Source of the DNA: a virus
Taxonomy: Duplodnaviria > Caudoviricetes
DNA: 37,140 nt
Direction: 5' to 3' (one strand)
Virus record (IMG/VR): IMGVR_UViG_3300035670_000672
Coordinates: 1-37,140 of that record
Part shown: piece after piece, positions 13,810 through 23,546 of the stretch
How the letters are laid out: the number at the start of each line of letters is the position of its first letter
How positions within the stretch are numbered: position 1 is the first letter of the stretch
Program-made: the position numbers and the translations under genes
The notes under the pieces: model-generated
Databases searched by the model: none
What the model saw: the letters and a program-made list of their open reading frames with translations, nothing else
Told to the model about the DNA's origin: nothing

Positions 13810-14205
13810 GTGTCAATCTTTCACAAGCAACATCTATTCACGACCACGGCACAGCAAAAGCCAGATGCAGACCTTTACCTGAATCTGGTTATCGAGGAAT
13901 GCGTCAATGAACTGGTCGATATTGGCTATCCGAAATACGCCACATCGCCAAGCACAGAGAACCTTGTAGAAGTCATGGATGCCGTATGCGACTCAATCGT
14001 TGTTCTGGCAGGGCTGGCTAATGCACTGGTAGGCCCGGACAAGGCCGCGCAATGCTTTGAAGAAGTCATGAACAGCAACTTCAGCAAGTTTGAGGTAGAA
14101 GATGGCAAGTACGTTGCCAAATTCAGAGATGACGGCAAGATACAGAAAGGCCGCCACTACTTCCCGCCAGACCTGTTTTCAATCATTACGGATATTCCAA
14201 AATGA
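13810..14205 (+). CDS. All-alpha NTP pyrophosphohydrolase (MazG/PRA-PH-like)
   Basis: LVIEE...EL, VEVMDAVCDSIVV, FEEVMNSNFSK and RDDGKIQKG..YFPPDL. Confidence 0.85.
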   Translation: MSIFHKQHLFTTTAQQKPDADLYLNLVIEECVNELVDIGYPKYATSPSTENLVEVMDAVCDSIVVLAGLANALVGPDKAAQCFEEVMNSNFSKFEVEDGKYVAKFRDDGKIQKGRHYFPPDLFSIITDIPK

Positions 14206-14657
14206 GCGGAGCAGCAAGCAGAGCCAAAGGGCAAAGAGGGGAGCGCGATGCCGCAAACATCATCGCAGGCCTAACCGGATTCGATGTTAAGCGCCGAGTC
14301 AGGCAAAGACATGGCGACTCAGACCTTGAAGGTGTGCCTGGATGGTCGATTGAAATTAAAAACCAAGCACGGCCAAACATACCGGCATGGTGGCGGCAAA
14401 CAATCGAACAGGCCGCGCAATCAGAGTCATTGCCAGTACTGATCTACAAGGAACCACGCAAGGGGTGGAAGGCCATGTGGCCCATGTCCATCGTGCTGAA
14501 CGGCGTAGAGGAAGGCACATGGCTCGATGACCGCTACATAGTCACCAGCACGATTGACGCATGGTGCGCCGTAGTTACGGACATTCACCAAGATGCTATC
14601 GACTACTCAACAGCACAACGCAAAGCCATGAAGCGTTATGGCTTGCATGAGCGTTGA
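14202..14657 (+). CDS. PD-(D/E)XK nuclease, Holliday-junction resolvase-like
   Basis: SRAKGQRGERD...DSDL....WSIEIK...WWRQTIEQA.....PVLIYK. Confidence 0.8.
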   Translation: MSGAASRAKGQRGERDAANIIAGLTGFDVKRRVRQRHGDSDLEGVPGWSIEIKNQARPNIPAWWRQTIEQAAQSESLPVLIYKEPRKGWKAMWPMSIVLNGVEEGTWLDDRYIVTSTIDAWCAVVTDIHQDAIDYSTAQRKAMKRYGLHER

Positions 14658-14707
14658 TAGTGGTAATCTATTGACAACACAAAATCCATAGTAGAGGACT
14701 ATCGAAA

Positions 14708-14983
14708 ATGGCAGGACGACCAAAAGGGCAACCAAAGACAGGTGGAAGGGTTGCCGGAACACCTAACAAGATGACCAAGGCACTGAAGGACATGATCCTT
14801 GGCGCACTGGATGATGCTGGCGGCCAAGAGTACCTAAAGCGGCAGGCAGAAGAAAACCCGTCAGCGTTCATGACGTTGGTCGGCAAGGTTCTTCCGATGC
14901 AACTCACTGGCGAAGATGGCGGCGATATTAGAACCTCACTGAGGATTGAACTTGTCAACACAGACAATCAAGCATCCAGCTAA
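14708..14983 (+). CDS. terS: Terminase small subunit
   Basis: KTGGRVAGTPNKMTKALKDMILGALDDAGGQEYLKRQAEENPSAFMTLVGKVLP; directly upstream of terL. Confidence 0.8.
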   Translation: MAGRPKGQPKTGGRVAGTPNKMTKALKDMILGALDDAGGQEYLKRQAEENPSAFMTLVGKVLPMQLTGEDGGDIRTSLRIELVNTDNQASS

Positions 14984-16205
14984 GTTAGGTTTCCTTTTCA
15001 AGCCTGCACGCTATAAGGTTGCGTATGGTGGGCGTGGCAGTGGTAAATCGTGGGCATACGCCAGGGCATTGCTTATCCAAGCCACCGCCAATCCAATGCG
15101 TGTGCTGTGTGCGCGTGAAGTGCAGAAATCAATCAAGCAATCGGTGCATCAACTCCTTACTGACCAAATTCAGGAACTTGGCCTCGGCGCTGAGTTTGAA
15201 GTGCTCGAGACAGAGATACGCGGCAAGAATGGTTCGCTATTCGTCTTTGCAGGCCTCGCCACGCACACGGTTGAATCAGTCAAGTCATTTGAGGGCGTTG
15301 ACAGGGTGTGGGTGGAAGAAGCGCAGACGGTTAGCAAGAAGTCATGGGATATACTGATCCCGACCATTCGCAAGCTAGGAAGCGAAATCTGGGTGACGTT
15401 CAACCCGGCGCTAGACACCGATGACACCTATCTGCGCTTTGTGGTCAATCCGCCGCCTGACTGCGTTACGGTAAAGATCAACTGGCAGGATAATCCGTGG
15501 TTCCCTGATGTGCTGGACAAAGAGCGTAGCCACTGCCAAGCCACTCGACCAGAGGACTACAACAATATCTGGGAAGGCCAGTGTAAGGCCGCTGTAGATG
15601 GCGCAATCTATGCTGATGAGGTAACACAAGCCCAAGAGTCTGGGCGCGTCTGTAACGTGCCGTATGACCCCGTGCTGAAGGTGCATGTAGTTATGGACTT
15701 GGGCTGGAACGATGCAATGGCCATTGCATTGGTGCAACGTAATGCAAGTGAATTACGCATTATTGCCTACTTTGAAGATTCACATAAGACACTCGATTAC
15801 TATTCCTCAATGCTGAAAGACCGGCGATTGAATTGGGGCACGATGTACTTGCCGCACGATGGCGCGAATAAGGACTTCAAGACAGGCCGTTCTACTCAAG
15901 AGATAATGAACGCACTCGGGTGGAATACTGCTATTATTCCCCGCGCCGATATTGAAGAAGGCATCAGAATAGCAAGGATGGCATTCCCGCGAATCTACTT
16001 CGACAAATCGACCAAACGGCTAATGGAGTGCCTGAAGCATTATCGGCGACAGATCAATACACAAACAAATGAAGCAATGGCCCCATTGCATGATGAGTAT
16101 TCGCACGGTGCAGACTGTTTTAGATACGTCTGTGTTAGCGCAGAATCCATGTCAAATGATGAATGGGGTGGTAAACTTAATTACCCAAGGCTAATGGTTG
16201 CATGA
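14946..16205 (+). CDS. terL: Terminase large subunit (PBSX/Terminase_3-like)
   Basis: YGGRGSGKS Walker A, CAREVQKSI, VWVEEA Walker B, TFNP, MDLGWND and HGADCFRY. The true start may be the TTG at 14952. Confidence 0.95.
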   Translation: MNLSTQTIKHPAKLGFLFKPARYKVAYGGRGSGKSWAYARALLIQATANPMRVLCAREVQKSIKQSVHQLLTDQIQELGLGAEFEVLETEIRGKNGSLFVFAGLATHTVESVKSFEGVDRVWVEEAQTVSKKSWDILIPTIRKLGSEIWVTFNPALDTDDTYLRFVVNPPPDCVTVKINWQDNPWFPDVLDKERSHCQATRPEDYNNIWEGQCKAAVDGAIYADEVTQAQESGRVCNVPYDPVLKVHVVMDLGWNDAMAIALVQRNASELRIIAYFEDSHKTLDYYSSMLKDRRLNWGTMYLPHDGANKDFKTGRSTQEIMNALGWNTAIIPRADIEEGIRIARMAFPRIYFDKSTKRLMECLKHYRRQINTQTNEAMAPLHDEYSHGADCFRYVCVSAESMSNDEWGGKLNYPRLMVA

Positions 16206-16219
16206 AATAGGGAAGCAAT

Positions 16220-18658
16220 ATGGCGAAGATGACAGAAGATGAATTGCTTGCAATAACCGGCAATGAAATACGCAATAGCGTTGGTTATCGCACTGGCAGA
16301 CTGTCAGAGATGCGCCGCCGCAACCTTCAATTCTACTTGGGTAAAGCCACTGGCGAACTTGCACCGCCTGAAATAGAAGGCCGTAGCAGTGTTGTAGACA
16401 CCTCGGTAATGGAAACGGTTGAGTGGATGCTCCCGAGCCTGCTACGCACGTTTACAAGCGGCGACGATGTGGTTGAGTTTGTGCCTGAGGGTGAAGAAGA
16501 TACAGAAGGCGCAGAGCAGACCACCGCTGTTGCTAATTACGTCTTTTACCGTCAGAACAATGGCTTCAAGGTACTGCAAACGTGGTTCAAGGATGCGCTA
16601 ATCAGCAAGGTTGGCATCATCAAAGTCTGGTACGACGACAGAAAGAACGAATCCAGAGAAGAATACGTTGGCCTGAACGACATTGAACTGGCCAAACTGG
16701 CTGACGAAGAAGGCGTCAAGATCGTTCAGCACAGTTCATATCCTGACCTGCAGGCAGAGAAGCAGAAGAAGCAGGCCTACGAACAGATGGAGCAGCAATT
16801 CGGCCTTGCAGAACCTAAGACTGCCGAATCCATCGTTGAAGAATCCAAGAAGGGCGTTGACGAAGATGCCAAAGCCGCCGCGCTGAACTTCAAGCTGGCC
16901 ATGATGCCGCCAGAAGCGCAGCAGCAGTACATGATGGCACGGCAACAACTGGATTCCATGCCAGTGCCTGAACTGCATGATGTGGCCATCATTCGCACCA
17001 CAGAGCAGGGCAAGGTGCGTATCGAGAACGTGCCGCCGGAAGAATTCATCATCAGCCGTGACGCCAAGAGCATCGCAGACGCACGATTTGTCGGGCATCA
17101 GGTACTCCGCACTGTCTCTGACCTCCGCGCCGCTGGCTACAAGGACGTTGACGATCTAACGTCTGATGACAACATGAGCGCACTCAACGCCGAGCGCATC
17201 GAGCGCACCTCATGGAACGATGAGACAGGATTCACACAAGGCCTGAACGATGTTCCTGGCGATCCAAGCCTGCGCCAAGTCTGGGTGACTGAGTGCTACA
17301 TCAAGGTTGATTACGATGGTGACGGCATTGCCGAGTGGCGCAAGGTAGTACGCGCAGGCAACAAGGTGTTGGATAACGATGCTATCGACATGCCGCCGCT
17401 TATCAGCATCACGCCTATCGAACTGCCGCACCAGTTCTTTGGCCTGTGTCCTGCCGATTTGGCTGTAGAAACACAGAAGCAAAAGACGGCAGTAATGCGC
17501 GCCTTGCTGGACAACCTGTATCTCACGGTCAATGGCCGATACTACGCTGTTGACGGTCAGGTAAACCTCGATGACCTGCTCACAAGCCGTCCAGGTTCTG
17601 TGGTGCGTATGAAGCAGCCCGGCATGGCAGGCAGGCTCGACCAAGGCCAAGGCGATATGGCCAGCGCACAGTTCGCCCTGGAATACTTGGAGCAGGCCAA
17701 AGAAAACCGCACAGGCTGGAGTCGTATGAGTCAGGGCTTGAACCCTGACGCACTGAGGCTAAACCAGACTGCTACCGGCATGAACATTGTCACCAACCGA
17801 GGCGACATGCGGTTGGAACTAATTGCCCGTAACTTCGCAGAAACAGGCGTCAAAACACTGTTTCAGCACATCATCAAGCTACTTGCACAACACCAGAGCA
17901 AGTCCATGACTATCCGCCTGAACAACAGGTGGGTGGATATTGATCCGAGTGCATGGCGCAACCAGTACGACATGACAATCAATGTTGGCTTGGGTACTGG
18001 CAACAAAGACCAGCAAGTGCAGCATCTCATGATGGTGCTAGGCATGCAGAAAGAAGCATTGCAGGTTGGCATGGTTGGCCCAGAGCATATCCACCACACG
18101 GCAAGCAAGCTGGTCAATGCACTTGGGTTCAAGAATGAAGAATCCTTCTTCCCTGACCCGCGCAATATGCCGCCACAACAACCCAAACCCGACCCTGAAC
18201 AGATGAAGATTCAGGCTGAACAGGCCAAGGTACAGGCGCAATTGCAGGCAGAACAGCAGAAGATGCAGATGGAAATGCAGCAACGCCAAGCCGAACTGCA
18301 ACAGGAAGGCCAATTGCGACTGCATGAGATTGAGAAAGAAGCCGAGAAGCAGACCATCCAGGCCGAGAACGATATGCGCGAGCGCCAGCACAAGGCCGAA
18401 CTCGATGCACAACTACAAATGCAGCAAATGCAGTTCGACCAGTGGAAGGCACAACTGGACGCAGAAACCAAGGTGCTGGTAGCGCAGATTGCCGCACAGA
18501 ACGCCGTACAACCCGCACAGGACGCGCCGCAAGAGCAAGGTATGAACGATGCCTTGGCGATGGCCTTTGAACGATTTACGCAAGCTATGACGGCGCCAAA
18601 GATGATAGTTCATGACGAACTCGGCAACCCGGTTGGCGTGCAGAGCGTGATGCAATGA
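16220..18658 (+). CDS. Portal protein (P22/SU10-like) with long Gln-rich C-terminal coiled coil
   Basis: Follows terL; GRSSVVDTSVMETVEWMLPSL, WFKDALISKVGIIKVW, ENVPPEEF and IARNFAETG motifs. Confidence 0.92.
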   Translation: MAKMTEDELLAITGNEIRNSVGYRTGRLSEMRRRNLQFYLGKATGELAPPEIEGRSSVVDTSVMETVEWMLPSLLRTFTSGDDVVEFVPEGEEDTEGAEQTTAVANYVFYRQNNGFKVLQTWFKDALISKVGIIKVWYDDRKNESREEYVGLNDIELAKLADEEGVKIVQHSSYPDLQAEKQKKQAYEQMEQQFGLAEPKTAESIVEESKKGVDEDAKAAALNFKLAMMPPEAQQQYMMARQQLDSMPVPELHDVAIIRTTEQGKVRIENVPPEEFIISRDAKSIADARFVGHQVLRTVSDLRAAGYKDVDDLTSDDNMSALNAERIERTSWNDETGFTQGLNDVPGDPSLRQVWVTECYIKVDYDGDGIAEWRKVVRAGNKVLDNDAIDMPPLISITPIELPHQFFGLCPADLAVETQKQKTAVMRALLDNLYLTVNGRYYAVDGQVNLDDLLTSRPGSVVRMKQPGMAGRLDQGQGDMASAQFALEYLEQAKENRTGWSRMSQGLNPDALRLNQTATGMNIVTNRGDMRLELIARNFAETGVKTLFQHIIKLLAQHQSKSMTIRLNNRWVDIDPSAWRNQYDMTINVGLGTGNKDQQVQHLMMVLGMQKEALQVGMVGPEHIHHTASKLVNALGFKNEESFFPDPRNMPPQQPKPDPEQMKIQAEQAKVQAQLQAEQQKMQMEMQQRQAELQQEGQLRLHEIEKEAEKQTIQAENDMRERQHKAELDAQLQMQQMQFDQWKAQLDAETKVLVAQIAAQNAVQPAQDAPQEQGMNDALAMAFERFTQAMTAPKMIVHDELGNPVGVQSVMQ

Positions 18659-18688
18659 TTAGAAACATAACATCGTCTGATTGTAAAC

Positions 18689-18913
18689 ATGAAACTCGCT
18701 GACCTGATCACCGACCACGCAGGCAAGCACATGAGCCATACGAAAGTATGGAACAACCTCGCATCTGCTGTTGTGAGCGGCGTAGTGGTTTGGCAAGCCT
18801 ACAAAGGCACGCTGTCCGACGATCTGGTGCTTTGGTATCTGGCCATCCTTGGTGGCTCTGCCGCACTCAGCAAGGGCATCGGGTTCAGTTACGGCAAAGG
18901 GAAATCGGAGTGA
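18689..18913 (+). CDS. Putative holin (two TM helices)
   Basis: DLITD..GKHMSHTKVWNNLA followed by two hydrophobic helices and a basic tail; upstream of the spanins. Confidence 0.6.
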   Translation: MKLADLITDHAGKHMSHTKVWNNLASAVVSGVVVWQAYKGTLSDDLVLWYLAILGGSAALSKGIGFSYGKGKSE

Positions 18914-18993
18914 ACGATTGGCTAATTTTCTCAATCATGGGCGTTCTGCTGGTCACTGCGATTACGGCCATGCTGATCGAAGACGAGGACTGA
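18910..18993 (+). CDS. 27-aa membrane peptide
   Basis: GTGA-coupled; MNDWLIFSIMGVLLVTAITAMLIEDED. Confidence 0.45.
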   Translation: MNDWLIFSIMGVLLVTAITAMLIEDED

Positions 18994-18994
18994 G

Positions 18995-19474
18995 ATGGTT
19001 GGATTATTCGCCGGTTCGGCAGCTATTAGGCTTGTTGGTATTGCCCTTCTTCTTGCTGGCCTTTTTGGTGGCGGCTACTGGCGCGGCCATGATGCTGCTA
19101 CCACCGCTTGTGAAGCGGCTCGTGCAAAAGAACTTGAGGAACACCTGAATGAACTCGCTCTCGAAACCCAACGCGCTGACCAGATTGCTCGGGAATTTGC
19201 TGACTGGCAAAGAGAGCACGCCCCTAAACGCAGCGGATATTTTCGCGCTGCTGGCGACCTTGATGCTTGCAACCATGTCCCTTCTGGCCTTGTCAGGCTG
19301 TACAACGAATCCGCCTCAGGCCTGCCCGGAACGCAAGCCACCGCCGAACTTAACTGTACGGCCTCTGCCGCTGCAACAGATACCGTTGCCACCGTCATTG
19401 CAGAAAACAACGCCGCCTGTGTCGATTACGCCAGGCAACTCGATGCGCTGATTGATTGGGCAGAGGGCAAATGA
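18995..19474 (+). CDS. Rz: Inner-membrane spanin (Rz-like)
   Basis: N-terminal TM helix, Ala-rich coiled coil and CNHVPSGLVRLYN motif; contains an embedded lipoprotein gene in another frame. Confidence 0.75.
   Translation: MVGLFAGSAAIRLVGIALLLAGLFGGGYWRGHDAATTACEAARAKELEEHLNELALETQRADQIAREFADWQREHAPKRSGYFRAAGDLDACNHVPSGLVRLYNESASGLPGTQATAELNCTASAAATDTVATVIAENNAACVDYARQLDALIDWAEGK
19263..19451 (+). CDS. Rz1: Embedded outer-membrane spanin lipoprotein (Rz1-like); start uncertain
   Basis: MLATMSLLALSG-C lipobox then Pro-rich TTNPPQACPERKPPPNL, in the +1 frame inside Rz. Confidence 0.7.
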   Translation: MLATMSLLALSGCTTNPPQACPERKPPPNLTVRPLPLQQIPLPPSLQKTTPPVSITPGNSMR

Positions 19475-20004
19475 TGGAGCATGAATTCAACCGCCGCCAA
19501 TCTGATCGAATGCAAGCCGAAAGCCGGGTGCGTAAAGAGATTATCGAGCAGATGAGCGAGATTGAAGATACCCAATACCGCGTCATGCTTGGCATCCTTA
19601 TCCGCATGCAAGACGAAATGGTTGGCGAAATCGGCGCGTTGCAACTTGTGGTACAAGGCTACATGGGCCGCATTACCAGCCAGCTCGAAAAGATTAGCAA
19701 GACGGACGAACAACTTCGCAAAGAAATCCTAAACGGCCATTCAGCCGTTCATGATACGCATCATCACTGGATCGACAACCAAATGAAGATTGACGCGCAT
19801 TGTTCAACGGTCCTCGACAAACATGAAGAAGATGGCCTGTGCCATGTCGCACGCAAGGCTATCGAGGACGCCAAGATCGCAGAACGCCGCCGCTGGAAGA
19901 TCGTCGATGAACTTGCCAGTAAGGCTGTGTGGCTCGTTATCGGCATGGTGGCCTACGCCGCGCTGTCAGGCTTCCCGATACTCTCTGCATTGGGTGCGAA
20001 ATGA
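19471..20004 (+). CDS. Coiled-coil protein with C-terminal TM anchor
   Basis: ATGA-coupled; AVWLVIGMVAYAALSGF at the C-terminus. Confidence 0.7.
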   Translation: MMEHEFNRRQSDRMQAESRVRKEIIEQMSEIEDTQYRVMLGILIRMQDEMVGEIGALQLVVQGYMGRITSQLEKISKTDEQLRKEILNGHSAVHDTHHHWIDNQMKIDAHCSTVLDKHEEDGLCHVARKAIEDAKIAERRRWKIVDELASKAVWLVIGMVAYAALSGFPILSALGAK

Positions 20005-20198
20005 AACGCTATATCTGGAACCTACTGATCAGCATTGACCAGTTCGTGAATACGCTACTCGCTGGAAGTCCAGACGAAACTCTTAGCAGTCGAATGGGTA
20101 AGCGGGTAAATACCTGCGCCATCTGTAAAACCCTGTGCGCGTGGCTGGATCGAATAGAATACCGCCATTGCCAGAAATCAATCGAGTGGGACGAATGA
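20001..20198 (+). CDS. Hypothetical phage protein
   Basis: YIWNLLISIDQFVNTLLAGSPDETLSSRMG...LD.IE..HC motif. Confidence 0.75.
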   Translation: MKRYIWNLLISIDQFVNTLLAGSPDETLSSRMGKRVNTCAICKTLCAWLDRIEYRHCQKSIEWDE

Positions 20199-20278
20199 TG
20201 TTGAGTGAAGTGATTGTATTCATTGCTGGTGTCATCATTGGCGGCGGCTTGGTGGTCTTGATTCTTCGGGGGATGTAA
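20195..20278 (+). CDS. 27-aa membrane peptide
   Basis: MMLSEVIVFIAGVIIGGGLVVLILRGM; ATGA and TAATG coupling. Confidence 0.5.
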   Translation: MMLSEVIVFIAGVIIGGGLVVLILRGM

Positions 20279-20655
20279 TGCCGGTATTCAGAGTTATCGA
20301 CAAATCAACCGGCAAGACGGCATATGCCTATGGGGCAGAGTCGGCCTATTCGTTCCCCGAGTTTCCGTTCGCATCCTACGACCATATCGAAGTTGTGCCG
20401 CTGGCCGATGGTTCGGTGGAGACAACGCAGGGCTACTTGCTCACCAAGCTGCAATACATGAGCCGGTTTACAGATGCCGAGCTTGCAGCTATCTACACTG
20501 CCGCCAAGGCCAGTGTGCAGGTCGAGGTCTGGCTGGACAAGTTCAAGCTGGCGCAAGAAATTGATCTTACCGATCCGCAGACCATCGCGGGTGTGCAGGC
20601 GCTTGAAGCGGCGGGCTTGTTGGCAGCGGGTCGGGCTGCGGAGATTTTGGCGTAA
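20278..20655 (+). CDS. Fibre-associated/chaperone-like protein
   Basis: LTKLQYMSRFTDAELAAI...IDLTDPQTIAGVQALEAAGLLAAGRAAEIL; precedes the fibre gene. Confidence 0.65.
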   Translation: MPVFRVIDKSTGKTAYAYGAESAYSFPEFPFASYDHIEVVPLADGSVETTQGYLLTKLQYMSRFTDAELAAIYTAAKASVQVEVWLDKFKLAQEIDLTDPQTIAGVQALEAAGLLAAGRAAEILA

Positions 20656-22178
20656 TGGCGACGATTTACTCGCTCATTTGCTGGGGTGGCAGTTCTGGGA
20701 AGTCTGTTGCCGTCAGCAGTTCAACCGATTACGTTACGCTAACAAATCATGGGTTACATGATGCAACAGGTGTTGCTTTTACTTCTGGGACGATTCCAAC
20801 AGTGTCTGGAACCGCTCTTTCACTGAACACAACCTATTACAGCAAATCCATAAGTAGCAGCACGTTTGAACTGTATTATGACTCTGGTTTAACCAGCAAG
20901 ATTGACTTCACAAGTACAGGCTATAGTCTGATTATGAAATCAGCTTATTACTTAGGGTTGCCTGATGTAAGCAGATGGGGTGGTGGCATATACGAAGGGT
21001 TGCTCGCATGGAGTACAGGTCGTAGTAGTGCATCTTCCTTCGATATGGAGGTCGCTGAGATTGGTATGGGATTTGTCGAAACAGGGGGTGTCACCATTAA
21101 CATCCCGAGTGCGGGAATTAATATAACAACATTAGTTAATGGGGCAAGGTCATCGGGGTTTCATAATGGGGTACCTGGAACTGGTTATATACTGAGCAAT
21201 GCATCTGCATCAGGTAGCACAATTACAACAGTGAAAGCAAACTCTGTAGTTGATGGAATTACATGCAGAATAACAGGCGCAGGATACGGGCCTAGTGGTG
21301 TTATTTTCAATGGTGCGACAGGGTCTATTGTAAAAAACTGCTTTTTATACCGCACAACGTATAATAACGCTGGATATGGTGTTTCCGCAAACGCCCAATT
21401 GGTTAGTGTAATTAATTGTGTTATATACGGTTTTGGTGCTGGGGTGTATAAAGGTTCGGCGTGTTATTTTGGCACATACGCAAACAATATAATAACTGGC
21501 TGCAATAATGGATTTTCTGCGTATGTTGCAAACGGTCAATATGGCAACTACTATAACAACATCGTAATTAAAAATTACACTACAAACTACTCATCAAATA
21601 CCGGGTACACTGCTGCAAACAATGCAGGTGAATCTGATGGTGTAGGTGGGTACATCGGGGGGGCACCATGGGGCTTAAATTCTGTTGCACTGCTCACATC
21701 TGATTTTGCCTCATATGATGTGACATATCCATATTTAAGTGATTTCTACCCCGCCAGTGATTCAGCCCCACAAGTTGATTCTGGGACGGATTACTACGCT
21801 AGATATGATTACGACATAACGGATGCTGAAGTACCAAACTACAAAAACGGCGATCCGGAATATGTCGATTTGGGCTGTTACGAATACGACCACGGCTACG
21901 GCCCGCATCCTATGTCTACCACGCTCACCTTCCAAGGTGTTGTAGCAGGTAGCGAGATTCGCATCTATCGCAACTCGGATAATGTGGAGATTGCCGGGGT
22001 TGAGTCGTGTGATGCAAACCATGCGTTTACGCTCACCACAGGGCACGGATCGGCCTGCACCATCAAGATCGTCAATTTGGCGTATCGAATCCAGTATTTT
22101 CAATACACGATCCCTAGCGAGTCCGTGAGCCTGCCAATTGAGCAAGAGCCAGACCGCTGGTACAGCAACCCCGTTTAA
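20655..22178 (+). CDS. Virion fibre/spike with right-handed beta-helix (pectin-lyase-like) domain
   Basis: N-terminal TLTNHGL...NTTYY...STFELY domain; repeats VKNCFLY, VINCVIYG, YANNIITG and YYNNIVIK; VDLGCYEY. Confidence 0.72.
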   Translation: MATIYSLICWGGSSGKSVAVSSSTDYVTLTNHGLHDATGVAFTSGTIPTVSGTALSLNTTYYSKSISSSTFELYYDSGLTSKIDFTSTGYSLIMKSAYYLGLPDVSRWGGGIYEGLLAWSTGRSSASSFDMEVAEIGMGFVETGGVTINIPSAGINITTLVNGARSSGFHNGVPGTGYILSNASASGSTITTVKANSVVDGITCRITGAGYGPSGVIFNGATGSIVKNCFLYRTTYNNAGYGVSANAQLVSVINCVIYGFGAGVYKGSACYFGTYANNIITGCNNGFSAYVANGQYGNYYNNIVIKNYTTNYSSNTGYTAANNAGESDGVGGYIGGAPWGLNSVALLTSDFASYDVTYPYLSDFYPASDSAPQVDSGTDYYARYDYDITDAEVPNYKNGDPEYVDLGCYEYDHGYGPHPMSTTLTFQGVVAGSEIRIYRNSDNVEIAGVESCDANHAFTLTTGHGSACTIKIVNLAYRIQYFQYTIPSESVSLPIEQEPDRWYSNPV

Positions 22179-22190
22179 GGAGTAAACCCC

Positions 22191-23537
22191 ATGGCAAAGA
22201 TACTTGACCCCGACCTGTTGACCTACTCGGTCAATTCTGTCACAAATAACCTGCGATTCGATACGACGGACAAGACCATCGAGCTTGTGGCCGGTGGCAG
22301 TCTCATTGCCAAAGATGGCGTAACAGGCCAGTGCTTGTTCTCGAAGATCAAGGAAGCCATCAAGGCCAGTGCTGACCTGATCTCGGTTGCCCTACCCGTG
22401 CGTGAGATGATCCACGACGAGTCGATGGAACTGATTAACGGCTGGAGGTTCAAGGACACCTCCTCGCTCAAGATGATCCGGGACTGTGGTGTGGCTTACG
22501 TCAACACTTCCGGCGTGATTACACATGAGTTCGCCTGCTTTGTGACATTGGGCGAGGTTGCAACCGGCACCAGCGAATCCACCGACCTGTACTTTGTGCA
22601 GGATTCCGCTACCGATGCAGCACTGAGCTACTTCACGCACCTCAATACCGCCACTACCTTCGGCGTCAACGAGCTTGTGCCGATCTACGAATCTGGTGTG
22701 TTTGATCGTCGATCTTATTGCAAGGTATTCCTTCGCCGTGCGGGTTACACCTACGACGAGTCGAGCAACGCGGACATTGGCTACCCGACACTGACTTACA
22801 AGAAGTACAACTTCCCGGTTACCCATGCTGTCGATGCGGGCGTGACGGTGGATGACACCACGCTTGACGGTGTAGGTTATTCAGCACTGGCGATCCAATG
22901 GTATGCCACAGCACAGTCTGCTGGTGCGGATATGTCGGGCGGTCCGTACAACTTCCATGTGCTGATTACCGGAGATAGTAAATCCTACGACCAGATTTAT
23001 TCATGGGTGCAACGTCAACTGCGCAAGTCCACGGACATTGATGCCGGTGCCGGAAACCGTACAGGACGAGTCGCCCCTGCCTTGGTAACGATGGATGGCA
23101 CCACACTCAAGACGTTGTATCAGTCTGGACTTGGTGGTGTGCATATTGTCAGCCCAGCCGCATCAAGCTGGAACAACATCCAAGAGCGTGATGACACCAA
23201 CAGCCTGCGCAGCTATCCGTTGTCTGTCTCGGTGCAGGTTGAGTTCGACTCGTACCTCAAGGGCGATGCGGATTCGCAGTTCTGGATTTTCCCAACCTCG
23301 GCGTATGGCTCACCCGGTGCGGCGGTACTCACAGATGCCAGCAGCAACAATATGAGTGGCGCGGCCACGGCGGATACCAGCTTTGCGTATATCCACTCGA
23401 CCAATGTACCGGTCACGGGGATTGCCATGGGGCTTACGGAAGCCAAGATTGCGGTGGCAACCGGGACAATTACGGAGGATGGCGTCAAGTTGGTATTCGT
23501 TGCCGGAACTGAACGCTGGTACAGCGACCCGGCCTGA
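22191..23537 (+). CDS. Virion structural protein (decoration/fibre-like)
   Basis: 448 aa, Thr/Ser/Gly-rich; SD AAGGAG; ends ERWYSDPA. Confidence 0.7.
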   Translation: MAKILDPDLLTYSVNSVTNNLRFDTTDKTIELVAGGSLIAKDGVTGQCLFSKIKEAIKASADLISVALPVREMIHDESMELINGWRFKDTSSLKMIRDCGVAYVNTSGVITHEFACFVTLGEVATGTSESTDLYFVQDSATDAALSYFTHLNTATTFGVNELVPIYESGVFDRRSYCKVFLRRAGYTYDESSNADIGYPTLTYKKYNFPVTHAVDAGVTVDDTTLDGVGYSALAIQWYATAQSAGADMSGGPYNFHVLITGDSKSYDQIYSWVQRQLRKSTDIDAGAGNRTGRVAPALVTMDGTTLKTLYQSGLGGVHIVSPAASSWNNIQERDDTNSLRSYPLSVSVQVEFDSYLKGDADSQFWIFPTSAYGSPGAAVLTDASSNNMSGAATADTSFAYIHSTNVPVTGIAMGLTEAKIAVATGTITEDGVKLVFVAGTERWYSDPA

Positions 23538-23546
23538 GCGTAACGA

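Noticed and set aside
14657-14707. TTGACA upstream of terS as a sigma70 late promoter
   Set aside because: No -10 box at 16-18 bp spacing. A weak GATAGT/ACTATC inverted repeat is present but too short to call.
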